Source of the DNA: the human T2T-CHM13v2.0 reference genome, Homo sapiens
Length of the DNA: 64,000 nt
Direction: 5' to 3' (one strand)
NCBI RefSeq assembly: GCF_009914755.1
Contig: NC_060936.1
The translations under genes and the position numbers were made by a program. Positions 45,801 through 59,546 of the stretch are shown piece by piece. Under the pieces are notes generated by a model that saw nothing but the letters and a program-made list of their open reading frames with translations, was not told the DNA's origin and did no database searches. The first letter of the stretch is position 1; every line of letters starts with the position of its first letter.

Positions 45801-47187
45801 GACTTCCCCATTTTTCTGCATCATATACAGTCACACTTTGAGGGTTCCTTTCTGTTTTCTCTGTAAAATAAGAGAGGAGTTCATCAGCTGAACATGATGT
45901 AGGAAGAAAAATGGAGAATAGTTCAGACAGCTCAAAATACCCACTTAGAGAAAAGGAAAAGGAGTTTACTCTGAAGTCCTAGAAAGATTTCCAGGCAGCA
46001 TTGGGCATCCAGTTGTTAAAAAGCATGAATTACAGTGGTAGGGTTCTGAGATTTTTTAAGGCAACTCTTAAAATCCTTTATTATCCCAGGAAAACTCAAT
46101 AGATGAAATGAAATTGTTTCATGCAGATTTTATTTAATGAACATGTATTTTCATAATTAAAACATCAGTAATTTTGAATAAATAAAAGTAACCACAGTAT
46201 TACTCCTGCATATGTACAAGAAAATATCATTGTGAATGAGCAACACCAGAAAACTAAACCATAATCTCCTGTATGGAATGAGAGTAAAATTCTGGAAGAA
46301 GAGGTAGCCAAGAACACTCACATGGATCAGGGTAGACCGCATTCGCATATCATATTGTATCTCATGCCCTTTGATTGAACCTATTTACTTGGTAAGTGAA
46401 TCATTGTTCAGAGTCACTAACAGATTGACCTGGAACTGAATTTCATTGATAACGTAATGAAAGGTAAGCCTATGCTGTACAAAGTACTGGAAGCTAAATC
46501 CATGCTCACAGGGGAGGCCACCCAGTGAACTCAGAGGGCTGCCCTCTCAAGTTGTCTCCTCTGCTTCTTTTTGGCATATATTGAGAAAGTTTCTATCTTG
46601 TGACTTGGCTGTAAAAAGCAGGCAAGTTTGTAGCAGCATATGAAATTCCTTTTCTAAATGTGTTCTAAGACATTTCCCTGGTAACCATGCCAGATTTCCA
46701 CTCAGCTCTCTCCTCCTTTCATGATAAATAACTAATTTCTTAGTGGTACTATGCCTTTACGTTGCTTTACCACTGCAGGTTGCCGATGGACCTGTAACTT
46801 ACTTCCTGAACATTATAAAAGGACAGCTGACCAGATTCCTTTTGAAAAAAAAAGTCACAAAAAAAGAACAAGACGTGAAACTGTATATACAGCATAATTA
46901 CAAGTCAGATTCTGAATAAGTGATTATATATAGAAAACAAAAAGAACATCAAAATGTTAACTGTAATTGTCTCCCAATGGTGAAAATTCCAATTATTTTC
47001 TTCCTTTTTGGTATTTTTTTTTGTTTCATGCAGATTTTATTTAATAAGCATGTATTTTCATAATTAAAAATTAGTAATTTTGAATAAATAAAAGTAACCA
47101 CAGTATTATGCCTGCATATGCACAAGAAAATGTCATTGTGCTGCATTTAAGTAGCACAGGAAAATCATAGAAATTGGTCTGTTTCAT

Positions 47188-47399
47188 GGCCACAGAGATG
47201 GGAACCATAAAGACTGGAGATTCCAAAAGAGAGAAGAAACAAGAAGGAGACCAAGGGTAGAAAAACTACCTATTGGGTGCTACGTTCACTACTTAGGCAA
47301 CATGATCATTAGAAGCCCAAACCACAGCATCATGCAATATACCTCTGGTACAAACCTGCACATCTATTCCCCTGAATCTAAAATTGAAAAAAAAAAAAA
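47188..47399 (+). mobile_element. L1PB-type 3' UTR fragment with poly(A)
   Basis: gaaaaactacctattggg..acaaacctgcacat..cccctgaatctaaaat plus an A run. Confidence 0.8.
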
Positions 47400-47807
47400 T
47401 AGTCTGCTTTTCCTCATTAACCTTCAACACAGAAGAATGATGTTCTCTTTTTATTTTTATGAATACATAATAGCTGTACATATTTATGGGGTATAAAAGG
47501 TGAAGTATATTTAAATTTCTTCCTAGAGAGTAATTTACCATCTTGCTAAATATAGAGTGGGTAATTCTTAGTGGAATCAGTAAATTCTAGGATTCTTACA
47601 AAAATAGCCTGTCATTAAACTCTATTGTGTTAGCAGAAACTTCAGCTTTTCAGAATAAAAGTTAGAAATAAAAGAGTCTGACATTAACCTATCTATTCCA
47701 GGGTATAAGATATTAGCAGCTAATTTTTTTTATTAAAAGCAATACTCAAAAAAGAGATGTATTTAAGCATTTCTGATTTATATTTTCATTATTTTCTCCG
47801 TTTTTAG

Positions 47808-47960
47808 GTAGTATATGATGAAGTCACAGAGCTCCAAGGACATGTCTTAATGCTTATTGTGAAGAGTAAAACTGTATTTGTGGGAGCAATTAACATCCGA
47901 CTCTGTAGTGTCCCACTCGATAAAGAAAAATGGTATCCATTAGGAAACAGTATAATTTGA
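47808..47960 (+). CDS. PIK3C2G: PIK3C2G last exon, coding part, ending in TGA
   Basis: Acceptor ttttctccgtttttag|. Reads VVYDEVTELQGHVLMLIVKSKTVFVGAINIRLCSVPLDKEKWYPLGNSII*. WYPL is the typical last strand of a C2 domain. Confidence 0.96.
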   Translation, partial: VVYDEVTELQGHVLMLIVKSKTVFVGAINIRLCSVPLDKEKWYPLGNSII

Positions 47961-48200
47961 CCATTGCTATGAACATATGCATTATTCATTAACTACTTGT
48001 ATTTTTTTCACTTCCGGGCCTCTGAATCACATAAGTAAGGCATCTTTGTTGTCAAAGACAGCACAGGGTATTAAGGACACAGAAAAAAAATCAGAATTAG
48101 TCTTTTGTGTTGTTTATTTTCTACCTGTGCTTTCATTGTTTTTTCATAATCTTTTCTCCTTCAGTGGAGTACTGATTGCATGAAATTTGATGTGTAAAAT

Positions 48201-48206
48201 AATAAA
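48201..48206 (+). terminator. Proximal polyadenylation signal AATAAA
   Basis: Canonical hexamer about 240 nt after the stop codon, with T/GT-rich sequence downstream. Confidence 0.55.
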
Positions 48207-48324
48207 AGACCTTTATTAAATCATTTTAATATATTTTAAATTAAACATAGGTTTACATTTGTTTTAATTGTGTGCCTACAGTTAAAAGCAGTATTTTTAA
48301 TGTATTTTATAAGAAAGACAATCA

Positions 48325-48330
48325 AATAAA
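48325..48330 (+). terminator. Distal polyadenylation signal AATAAA
   Basis: Second canonical hexamer in the 3' UTR. Confidence 0.55.
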
Positions 48331-50222
48331 CCTCATCAATTAATTCAAGATCTAGGTATATCTGTAATCAATTTTTAAAACTTAAATTATATATACTTAT
48401 ACCTACTCATAATCTTACTTATTGAGGGAATTGGTATATTTCAGCAGAATGCTATATTATTTTCTATCAGAAAACCAAAACATAAATCCTGAAATTCTTA
48501 CATTCAATTGTTGGAAGAAACTTCTTTGTAGTTTTTCACCCTCTTCACCACCAATCAATTCATTGTCACTGGATTTCTGCCACCCAGAGGCACGATTTAA
48601 ACTTGGTTATGCCTGGACTCCAAGATCTCAAACTCTGAAACTCTCCCTTCTGATCAAATTTCTTATCTGTGCACATTATTTTCCCGCTTCTGAACCTACT
48701 TTCGTAGTCACCATTACCAGGGCAAACAATCCCACAGATTTCCACCTGCACAGTGGGTAAAATTTAATGCACTATGCCACATTCTTTAAAACAATCAAAA
48801 AAATTTTTTAATCTTGCCATTCAAATTACTGAAAAAATTTAAATCCCTGCTTATTCAATGTTTCCCTGTGTATGAATGAAAAAAAATCTAAGCTTTTTCC
48901 CATCACCTCCTCTATATCATATGAGCATGTAAATGTATTCATTGAAAATTATTTGAGTATGTGATATGAGCTGATATGGGCTCATTTGAAATACGTGATC
49001 ATGCAAGTCAAGTGAGCCCTTAATTCTGTATGTTCTTAGTCTATTACTCTCCCTTTCTGCTAGACGATTATACACCCTTCTGTCTGCTGAAACCTCAGCA
49101 ACTCCTCCCCTAATCCTCACTCTTGGCTGATGGCATTGTTTCCTACATCACTTAAAAATTAGAATCAGTAAAAAGAAACTGCCACAGATTTCCACAACTG
49201 CATCTATCCAGGTAAGCAAATTCCATGTTCCACCTCTCTGCTTATTACCAGAGAAGAACTACTCATGCTCCTATCCCAAACCAGTCTCCCAATTTGTACA
49301 TTTGATCCCATCTCCTCTGACCTACTCCAAAACATTGCTATTGAAATCCTCTTCTACTCAAATCATCATTTCTTTACTGTCTAATGGATAATTCTGGACA
49401 CCATGCAACCATGATGTTATGTCTCCCATCAAAAAATTAAAACTTTCTCGTTACCCCACTTCCCTGCCAATTGCTGACCCACTACCCTGCTCCTCTTTGC
49501 AGCAAAACTCTTCAAAATGGTTGTCTTTACTGCCTCTGGTTTCTCACCTCCAATTTTCTCTTAGAGCCATTACAAGCAGGTATTTGCTCCCACCATTTCA
49601 ATGAAACTACTTTAGTCAAAATCACTGTTGACCTCCAATTAGCTAAATCCAAAGGTTATTTTTCAGAACTATTCTGATTTACTTGTCAACAGTATTGGAT
49701 ACAATGAGTAACTCTATCTTCCTGGATATATTTTCTTCGTTTGGCTTCCAATACCCTACATCCTCTTGTGCTTCCTTTTAGTTATAGTTTAGTTTAGCTT
49801 CGTTGCCTTTTTGTTTCTCCTTCTTAGTCTTCTGTGTGGGAGCATGCTCCTCTCCACCACCTCCAGTGCTGGAGTGTCCCAGGGCTCACCCCTTGCTCCC
49901 CTTTCCCATCAAGCTTAACTCCTTTAATGATCTCATCTCTCAAGGCTTTATATATCATCTGAATACTGATGATTCCCAGTTTTATAACTCCAGCCCAGAA
50001 TACCTCCCAGATTCCAGAGATGAGTAACAAATTGCCAACTCAATATTCCCTTGAATTGCTGATAAATATCCCAAACTCAGTATCCCCAAAAGTACACAGG
50101 GATCAGGGAAAATATTAGGGTTCTTTTCCCCCAGACCTGTTTTATCCACATCCTTTCCCCTCCTAGTTGATGTCAAACCCATCATTCAGTTGTTAAGAGC
50201 AAAAAACTTGAAGCTAACCCAA

Positions 50223-50224
<2 letters not shown>

Positions 50225-50306
<82 letters not shown>

Positions 50307-50330
50307 CTGTGTGTCTGTGTATACACACAC
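50225..50330 (+). repeat. Compound (CT)n(AT)n(GT)n microsatellite
   Basis: Seen directly. Confidence 0.95.
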
Positions 50331-50593
50331 ATTTTTTTTTTAAGAGAATTACATAGGAATTTTTTTAATCTTTGCCATTCAAATTACTGAAAAAATGTAA
50401 ACACTTGCTAATTAAATGTTTTCCTGTGTATGAAAAAAAATTAAGCTATTTTGTATGCTCATTTACATTACCATATAAACACATGAAAGTCTATACATTT
50501 ATTTACTGAAAATTTTGAGTGCTTGATATGAGAGCTGATACGGGCTCACTTGAAATACACGAAATACCTATTATTTACATAACTGGAATATAA

Positions 50594-50594
<1 letters not shown>

Positions 50595-50652
<58 letters not shown>
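50595..50652 (+). repeat. (TG)n microsatellite
   Basis: Seen directly. Confidence 0.95.
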
Positions 50653-50653
<1 letters not shown>

Positions 50654-51969
50654 TCCAGTCCATCAGGAAGTCCTGTTGGCTCCACCTTCAGAATATTTCC
50701 CAAATCCAATCACCAACCACTTATCACTCTCCACCTGAAAATACTCTGGTCCAACTTACTGCTATCATCCTTGGCCTGGATTATATAATTGCCTTCTGAA
50801 CAGTCTCCTCCTTTCTATGCTTACTCTGCTCCTTATAGTCTATTCTCAACACAGCAATGGGAATGGTTAGATCATTCTTCTGTTCAAAACTCTGCAGGGG
50901 CTTCTAATCTCAGAGTAAAAGCCCAAGCCTTTAAAATAACCTAAAAGGCCCTATGTGATCTGACCTCCCATCCTCATCTCTCTGATTTTAACTCTTATTA
51001 TATCCTCCTATGCTTATAACATTCAATCAACACTGGCCTCCTTTGTATCTCCTGGACACTCCAGGCACGCTTCATCCCTGGGATCTTTGATCAGCCAACT
51101 CCTTCTTCCCAAAATGTGCCTTTGTGCCCTGTATCCATTTCCCTAGCTCCCTTACCTCTCTCAAATCCTGCTCAGATGTCTCCGTCTCTGCCGGGCCTAC
51201 CTTGAACACCCTATGTGAGATGTTGCAAGCTGCCCTGTCCCTGGAAACACACCAGATCTTTCCTACTCTACACCACTTTTATCTTATGCACTTATCATCT
51301 TTGAATATTTTATATAATTTACTTATGTATTTTGCTTATTATTTATGCTTTGTCTCCCTTCACTAGGCAATTAGCCATAAGACTATCAGGAAGTTTAGTT
51401 CACTGACAGTAGAGACTTAGATCCAGGCAAGAGAAGTTCTTGCCCTGGTGTCCTCACCATAAAGAACCCTGCCTTCTCTAGTTGTGACTCAGAAACACCC
51501 AAAGCCCTCATTCTAGACCACAGTCTAGGTACCTAAGGACCCTGGAACTTCCGGCCTGAACAGCCTTTGAAGGCCTTTTCTCTAGATCCATTCATCTGAA
51601 GTCAGACTCACCACCAATGGGAGCAATGCCTGGGCTCCAAGGATAACCAAGGGAAGGCTCCTTGCAGGGTATATGAATGTCGCTGGAATGTGCCAGTTGA
51701 TTGTTCACAGACATATGCATGAGGCAACCACAGGGCAGGATGGAGCCAGGGGCAGGAATAAATAGAAGGGCATGAAGGAGGTTGAGGATAAGGACCAGCT
51801 CTTTCCATTCCATCATAACTCAGCAGGGATCTCTAAGGATTCCAAAAAGCTCATCTCTCCAGGTGTTTAAAAAAGTATATTTATTATTGGAGGAGAATAA
51901 AACATATTTTCTTTGTTAGTTTGTTAGTTTTATGTATAACTTTTAAAGTTAGGCAGATGATAATCTGAG

Positions 51970-52460
51970 TATTATGGACTAAATCATGTACTCCCCAAAA
52001 TTGATAGGTTGAAGTCCTAACCCCAGGTACCTCAGAATGTGAACTTATTTGGGAAAAAGAAAAAAGGTTACTAAAGATGTAATTATTTAAGATGAGGTCA
52101 TATGGAGTGAGGTGGTCCCCTAATTGGCCAGTCCCATATACCAGTCACATATAAGTATATGACTGATATACTTATGAAAGGGAGAAATGTGGTCACAGAT
52201 CTGCACAGAAGGAAAATGTCATATAAACATGAAGGTGAATATTAGAGTGATGCATCTACAAGTCAAGGAATGCTAAAGATTGCCAGAAAACCACTGCGAA
52301 CTGCAAAAGAGGCATGGCAGAGATTCTTCCCCACAGCTCTCAAAAGGAACCAACCATTGATCTTGGACTTACAGCCTCCAAAGCTGTGGGGGAAAAATAC
52401 TGTTGCTTAAGCCACTTGGTGTGTGATGCTTTGTGACAGCGGTCCTAGCTAACTAATATA
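51970..52460 (+). mobile_element. MLT1 (MaLR) solo LTR
   Basis: gttgaagtcctaacccc..tacctcagaatgtga..atcttggactt..gcctcca..ctaata. Confidence 0.85.
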
Positions 52461-55164
52461 TTGGGTCATCATCTGTTGTGTTGTCCCAGCCCCACAAATA
52501 CTTGGCACAATCTTTTTTAAAATGTGTAAATTATTACCTAAACAAATGATAGAATGGCACACCAGTACAAGAAAAGCAAGGTCCCAGTCTTCACTCACAT
52601 TCATACAATGTTGCAAAGTTCCTTCAGGCTTTTTACATGTATATTTTATTTGTTCCCTACTAGAAACCTAATGAGGTGGGAAAGAAAGAATTATTATGTC
52701 TCCAGATAGTAGTAACATTCAGTTGTCTCATAGCAACATATCTTTCTATTCAAATGAAATCTTACATTGAACATATACATATATATGTATATGTTCAGAA
52801 TATACATATTCTGTCTCACACAGAGAGAGAGAGAGAAAGAGAGAGACTGATTTTAGGCTAAGTGAGGATGAGGGAGCTGGAATCTTTGGACACACAGTCA
52901 CCCCCTCAAACCCCTACCTATCACTCTCATCCTTAAAGTCTCCTCGAAACTTCTGCAAAAACTAAGACATCTCAAAAAGCACAGGCTGGAAAAAAATAAA
53001 TGAGGTTATAGATCATTGCCTGGCTACTAATATCATAAAACAAAGTGGTTGCAGTAGCAGAGACCCACTCCCAGCATTGGCAGCATGGTTTGGGTCAGGA
53101 GTTGATTCCCAGAGGAAATGGATTATTGAGAAGCCATCATTAGTCACATATTACCCATGCCAAAAGTGAAGATTTGATATTACATAGGAAAAACTCCAGT
53201 GATAAAAGTAATTTTTCAGCAACTTGAACTCTCATGATGTAACACAAATGTTACAAATTTATGTATATATTATTTCCTAGCACAAAATCTTGAATACTCT
53301 CAATGCAATGGGCTTCTTGGCCAAGTCTCACCTGCTAGGCCTGATATTTGAACAGTGACTGAATTCAAAATGTGTTACAAGCTCTAGTAAATTTGTAGCT
53401 TAAAATTCTTAACTCCAGACACAGGTATACCTGACTATTACCTAAACTTCACCAAATTGTGTTCCTTTGTATGTGTGCATGCTATTTTGAAGTGGTTTTA
53501 GGGTGACAGAGCACTGGAGGAGACAAAACCAAACGAATTCAAGTGGTATGTTTATATACTTAAGTCACCTCAACCACATGGTGTTAAGTAGACTCTGAGT
53601 TTAATAATTAAAGGAAAGACACTCATTATTAGAGTTCGGAGATTCAAACTACAGCTGCAATTATAGGAGGGAAGTGGATTTTATTAACATTTAAAATAAA
53701 ATATAGGAACTCTTTGTATAAAGAGAAAATGCCCTCTTCCTAGGCTGAGGTTCAGAAATAAGTGACTGAGATTATTGCATGCCCCAAAATTGAGAAAGCA
53801 ATTTAAAGGACTATACCTGTCAGCCTTCTGGCTCCATGATTCCGATTTACCCCAAGAATCAAGAAATAACTTGAGTAGCTTAAAAAAGAGCCTCATTTTC
53901 TGATAGTTTCTTACTATCAGAGCAATGGTAGCAGAAGAAGGAAAATAAAATAGAGTGTGTCAAACTGAGTAGTAATGAGAAAGATACTGCCTTAAAAGAA
54001 ATATTGGGATCTCAAAACACAGACTGGGCAGATATGAAGGGGAAATGAAATGCTAGTAGCTGGAAGAGATAACTATAAAGTTAAAAAGTCAATATACTCA
54101 GGTCCAACTTCTCTTGAAGAAGGTAATAGAAAAGAGCAATACATTTTAGTTATTGCCATTTCCAAAAGAAACACTAGTACCTAAAAAAAAAAAAAAAGTC
54201 TATCAGATAAGAAAAGGAAAAGCCTTGGAGAGCAGATATAATGATTTCCTGGAAAGACTAAGAATCACACTTGCTTTTTAAAATTCCTCTTAAAGTATCA
54301 GCATTATTGTAAGAACAATCAAATCACCTTTTCCTTCAAAACTGGAATAGATCTTTCAAGTGGTTAAGAAAATGTGGTCCGATTTCAGACCGAAATCCCA
54401 GGAAAATCAGTATAAAGGATGAAAACGCATCTGTGTCAACTGCAAATGAGCAAAATTATTGCCACGGGTGTTCCCTGAGGAAAAATATTTGGAAAATTTG
54501 TGGAACTGTTATTCCAGGTAAAAGTAAAGCAAAGAGAGGACTTATTAAAGGGAAATCAGACAAGATGATTCCAGTTGAGTACTTGGTCTGGATCAGCTCT
54601 TGGTCTGATAAGATTATCTTTTACATGGGACTTTCCTACTCATAAGGATCAAGATAATCAAGACTTGTTTGAACAAGGGATAAGTGACAAACATCGAACT
54701 CACCGACTTCATCTCTCTTAATGTGGGACATTGTCAAGATAAAATTTTGAGAGTGGAAAGTTGGAAAAACAAATGTTTTGGTCAGAGAGTGAAGGGAAAG
54801 GAAAAAGAAAAAAGACACTTAGTTCTGGGAAACAATGTTATCCCTATGTGAAATAAAGAAGTAAACAGACCCATATAAGAAGCTGAATAAAAAGTTATAA
54901 ACCCAGCCGAAACAGTCTTAAAAGTACACAGAAACAATAATAAAAAAAAAATACCAGAGGCTTTTTATGTTTCTTGTTGAGAAAAAGACCATAACAGGAA
55001 AATACTGTTAAAGACTTGTGAAATTTAAAAGCTAAGAAGAGAAAGGGTTTTGGAGATCATACGGTGAAAATATTAATCATCACTAGACTCTAATGTATCA
55101 GAAACATCAACTGCAGCTTCAGGTAAAGAACCTGCTTCCAGTGGTCCTCCAGCTGAAGGAAAAA

Positions 55165-55955
55165 AATATTCCCAAAGACACAGGAGCCAACTGAAAGAGT
55201 TCCCAATGGCCAAAGCTGGGACAAGTTGGGTAAGTAACATTAAATTATAGCCTGAAGTATAAAATAGTTATCCACGAATCCACACTGCTATAAATGAATA
55301 AATAAATAAGTAGGGAGAAAGAAACAAAATCCACGCAGAATTCCTAATTATTTATGGAGATGTTGCACCTGATAAAAGGTAGAACATAGCTACCCATTCC
55401 TTACATATGAGCTATGCATAGTGACGTCGTCCTGAAGAATATAATATGGAAAAGAGGATTGGGGGATTAACTTTATAGTAGAGAAACCCTGACAAATACT
55501 GCCTCAGGCAGGTAGTGAAGGTCAATATCAACAGTGGAAGTCGTGTTGGCAGTATGTACCCTTGACAAGATGTGATGAAAGTGGCACCTTACCTCTGAGG
55601 TTTTCCTCCCAAAAACTCACAGCCCCAACCTTATCATGAAAAAAAAAAAAATCAGAACTGACAAATCCCAATTGACAACATTCTACCAAATACTTGACTA
55701 GTACTCCTGAAAACTGTCAACATCATAAAAAGCAAAGAATGCCTGAGAAACTGTCACAGCCAAGAGGAGCTTCAGGAGACATGACTACTCTATGTAATGT
55801 GGTACCCTGGATGGGATCCTGAAACGGAAAAACTAAGTAAATTTGAATTAGGTAAAAAGTAAGTAAATTTTAATTGAAGTGGACTTTAGCTAATAACAAT
55901 ATATCAATATTGGTTCATCAATTGTGACAAATTCTAATATAAGTTGTTAATACTA
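55165..55955 (+). mobile_element. L1MC/L1MD-type 3' UTR fragment
   Basis: aggagccaactgaaagagttcccaatggccaaagctgg and ctgagaaactgtcacagccaagaggagc. Confidence 0.7.
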
Positions 55956-56033
55956 GTAAAGGAGAGTGACACCAGCAAAAATGGTGAAGTAGGGAAGTCT
56001 AAAGTTCCATTCTTCCACAAAAACAGCAAATAT

Positions 56034-56650
56034 GCTGGGCACAGTGGCTCACACCTGTAATCCCAGCACTTTGTGAAGTTGAGAAGGAAGCATCATTTGA
56101 GCTCAGGAGTTTGAGACCAACCTGGGCAACATAGCAAGACCCTGTCTATACCAAAAAAGCGTTAAAAAATATTAGCCAGGTGGCTGGGCGCAGTGGGTCA
56201 CGCCTGTAATCCCAGCACTTTAGGAGGCTGAGGCGGGTGGATCACGAGCTCAGTAGTTCAAGACCAGCCTGGCCAAGATGGTCTCTACTAAAAATACAAA
56301 AATTAGCTGGGCATGGTGGCGGGCGCCTGTAATCCCAGCTACTTGGAAGGCTGAGGCAGAGAATTGCTTGAACCCAGGAGAAGGAGGTTGCAGTGAGACA
56401 AGATCACACCACTGGACTCCAGCCTGGGCGACAGAGCGAGACTCTGTCCTGAAAAAAGTAAAATAAAATAAAATAGCCAGGCATGGTTACATGCACCTGG
56501 TGTCCCAGCTACTTGGGAAGCTCAGGTGGAAGGATTGCTTGAGGCAGTAGTTCAAGTTAGCAGTGAGCTATGATCATGCCACTGCACTCCAGCCTGGGTG
56601 ACAGAGCATGACCCTGTCTCAAACAACAGCAACAACAACGACAACAACAA
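56034..56650 (+). mobile_element. AluJ with an AluS nested in its middle A-rich linker (inner 56182-56473)
   Basis: Outer left arm 56034-56180 and right arm 56474-56620. Duplicated tagccagg flanks the inner Alu. Confidence 0.85.
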
Positions 56651-59546
56651 AAACACAATTATACAGGCAGAAACGGTCAGAATCAACTTTATTAGAACAA
56701 TTGAAACCAATCAAATTTTGCAACAACAAAATGAATGCTTAATCAAGAAAAGAGAGTTAAATTTCAGTAAGAGAGATGTGGTGTTCAAGTTACTTTGGCC
56801 CCATCTCCTGCTCCCAGCTTGACTTTTTAAGGCAGCCCTAATGACAGCAGCTCACATTTTTTGTATAGGGTCCTAATATGACAGAGAGTAAAATAGATCT
56901 CATTCTGACCACAAAGAATTGTGGTTGTTTTGACTTGGCTAGTGATCCCAAAAAAACAAGCCCAAAGGGTTTGTCTTTATTTTAACGAACTCAAATCTCT
57001 ACCAGTGCTGAGGTGACTACCCAGGGAGAATTTGTTTGAAATATTTATAGGCAGATGTATTTGCCACTGCTGCTGGGGACAAGGAATAATAGAGTTGGAA
57101 CAAACAATTTACTAACTGAAAAACCTGGGGGCGAAAGACTGGGAAATGAGATGTTTTGGGGAATAAGGGCTCTGAAAAGTTTCCACAAATACCTGGGATT
57201 TAGATGACCATATATGTGCCCAGGGATGGGATCATATTCAGAAAATACCTGAGAAGATCCAGAGCTCTTGTCACTGGCTGACCCTCAGGCTCTATGAAAG
57301 CACAAATGAAGACTATAGCAGAGTAGTAAGCTTACAAGCTGAAGTGTTGAAGGCATGCCTCAACATTCACATAGAGCCCATATGCAAAGGCTGAAAGATT
57401 TCTAATTTTTTGTTGTTGTTTTCGGCTCCAGTAGTTTAAAGAAATCTCTGTAAAATCATTAGCTGAACACCACTAAGCTAACCGAAAAGAGAATCTAGAT
57501 ACAACAATGAATACATACTTTAAAAAATCAGTTCAGAGAAGGCACTAAACAAACAACTACTATAATAAGCAGCAACAACAAACCCCCAAGGAAGAAAGTG
57601 AATCTGATTTCTAGAGTTGCCACACTATAATATTCAAAATGTTCAGTCTTCAACAAAAAATTGTGAAGTGTGCAAATAATAAGAAAGTATGGCCCATACA
57701 CAGAAAAAAAAGGAAAGTAATAGAAATTATCCCTAAGGAAGCTCATCTATTGGACTTACTAGACAGACTTTAAATTAACTATTTAAATATGCTTAAAGCT
57801 CTTAAGGAAACCACATACAAAGAACTGAAGAGAACCACTAGAATAATATCACTTCAAATAGAAAACTTCAATAAAGAGACATATTATGAAGTAACCAAAA
57901 AAAAATTCTGGATTAAAAAATTATAACAACTGAAATGAAAAATTCACAAAAGAAGTTCAGCAGTACACTTGAGCAGACAGAGGGAAGAATTAGCAAACTT
58001 GAAAGTAAGTTCATTGAGATTTCCTAATCTGAGGAACAAAAGGAATAAAGAAAAATCAACAGATCCTAAGAGACCTATGAAATACCACCAAGTATATTAA
58101 CATTTGCATATTAGGCATCCCAGAAGATAAGAGAGATAAAAAGATAAAAGGACAGAAAGAATATTTAAAGAAATAATGGTCCAAAACATCAATTCACTTG
58201 ATGAATTACATCCAAGAGGCTCAACAAACTCTAAGTAGGATAAACATAACAAGATTCACAATGAGACACGCTATAATCAAACTGTCAAAAGCAAAAGATA
58301 AAGAATCGTAAAAGCAGCAGGAGAGAAGCAAGTCATTATGCACAAGAAATCCTCAATAAGATTAATGGCTGATTGTTACCACAGACCATGGAGGCCAGAC
58401 ATATGAAATATTCAAAGAGCTAAAAGAAAAGACCATCAACCAAGAGATCTATATTTGATAAAAACTATTTTTGAAAAATAAAGGAGAATTTTTTAATAGA
58501 AAATCAATATTTTAATAAATAATAGCATTAAAGTACCAGTTTTACATATATACATAACTGACCTGTAACTTTAAGTATTTGGAATAGATGGCTTGAGTTA
58601 TGCATATAAATTCTTTTAGAAGGTTTTACATATTCTGTTTCACAGAGGGTAAAAAGGGAGAGAATGCTATACTTTAGCTTAGGTATTTACTACAATAGAA
58701 TCTAATTCACCTTCAGAAATGTTCTAAAGTGAATTATTCTATTTGAATGGAAAAAATTTGCATTATGAAACCTGTAAAAATGAGATTTTTGTATTTTTTT
58801 TGTACATTTACCTTTCACACAAATTATCTCTTTCTATTGGTGAAGATATTATAATCATGCAAGGAATAACTCATGCTGTCTGACTCAGTGCTTTTTGGAG
58901 CATGAAGCTTTGTATTGGAGAGGCAAGAGTTGCTATGGAAAGGAAACCAACATGGATAGGAAACAGTAGGGCAGAAGGGAAGACACACTAAAAGTGGGCC
59001 AAGATAGGAGGAAGGTAAAAAATAAACAGTAACCATAATTCTCATATTATAGTTGGAGCTAATATATAAAGGTACTCAAAAACTAGCCAACTTTAGGCAC
59101 TAAATAACCACTTTACCTTTACCATCTTATTTAATCTCATAACAATGCAAAGAGATAAATACTATCACTAGTCCCGTACAATAGATGAGAAAACAAAAGT
59201 AGTAAGACAAAATAAGCTGCCCACAGCCATACGCTTGTAACTGGAGGATAAAGAACTCTTTGTTCCCTAAATCACTTGGGATTAAGTGGCTGACCTGATA
59301 CTCTATCATCCCTGCATACTTAGAGATGATGTTTCATAAACAAGAATATTCTCTCTCTTCTCCAAAATACCATGATCAAAATCAGGAAATTACATAACTA
59401 TCATTTAATGCATAGACTTCCTTCAAGTTTTATCAATTGTCTCAATAATGTATTTTATAGTGAAAGGATATCCACATTAGAATCACACATTTCATTTACG
59501 TGTCAGGCCTCTTAAGTCTCCTTTACTATGGAATAGTTCTCCATTC

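Larger units (their letters stand above)
47961..48350 (+). other. PIK3C2G: PIK3C2G 3' UTR (end approximate)
   Basis: AT-rich sequence after the stop codon, with AATAAA at 48201-48206 and 48325-48330 and ATTAAA at 48215-48220. Confidence 0.7.
49050..51365 (+). mobile_element. L2 LINE fragment, interrupted at about 50225-50652
   Basis: L2 motifs (aaactactttagtcaaaatcac, ccatcaggaagtcctgttggctccaccttca) are colinear across the interruption. Confidence 0.8.

Noticed and set aside
46385-46400. Strong donor-like ttg|gtaagt suggesting a cryptic exon
   Set aside because: No convincing upstream acceptor or coding frame was identified.
47806-47811. Tandem acceptor tag|GTAG at the last exon
   Set aside because: The second AG is 4 nt downstream (not NAGNAG) and would frameshift. 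There is no evidence of use.
53900-55150. Possible L3/CR1 remnant
   Set aside because: The similarity is too faint to support by eye and needs an HMM search.
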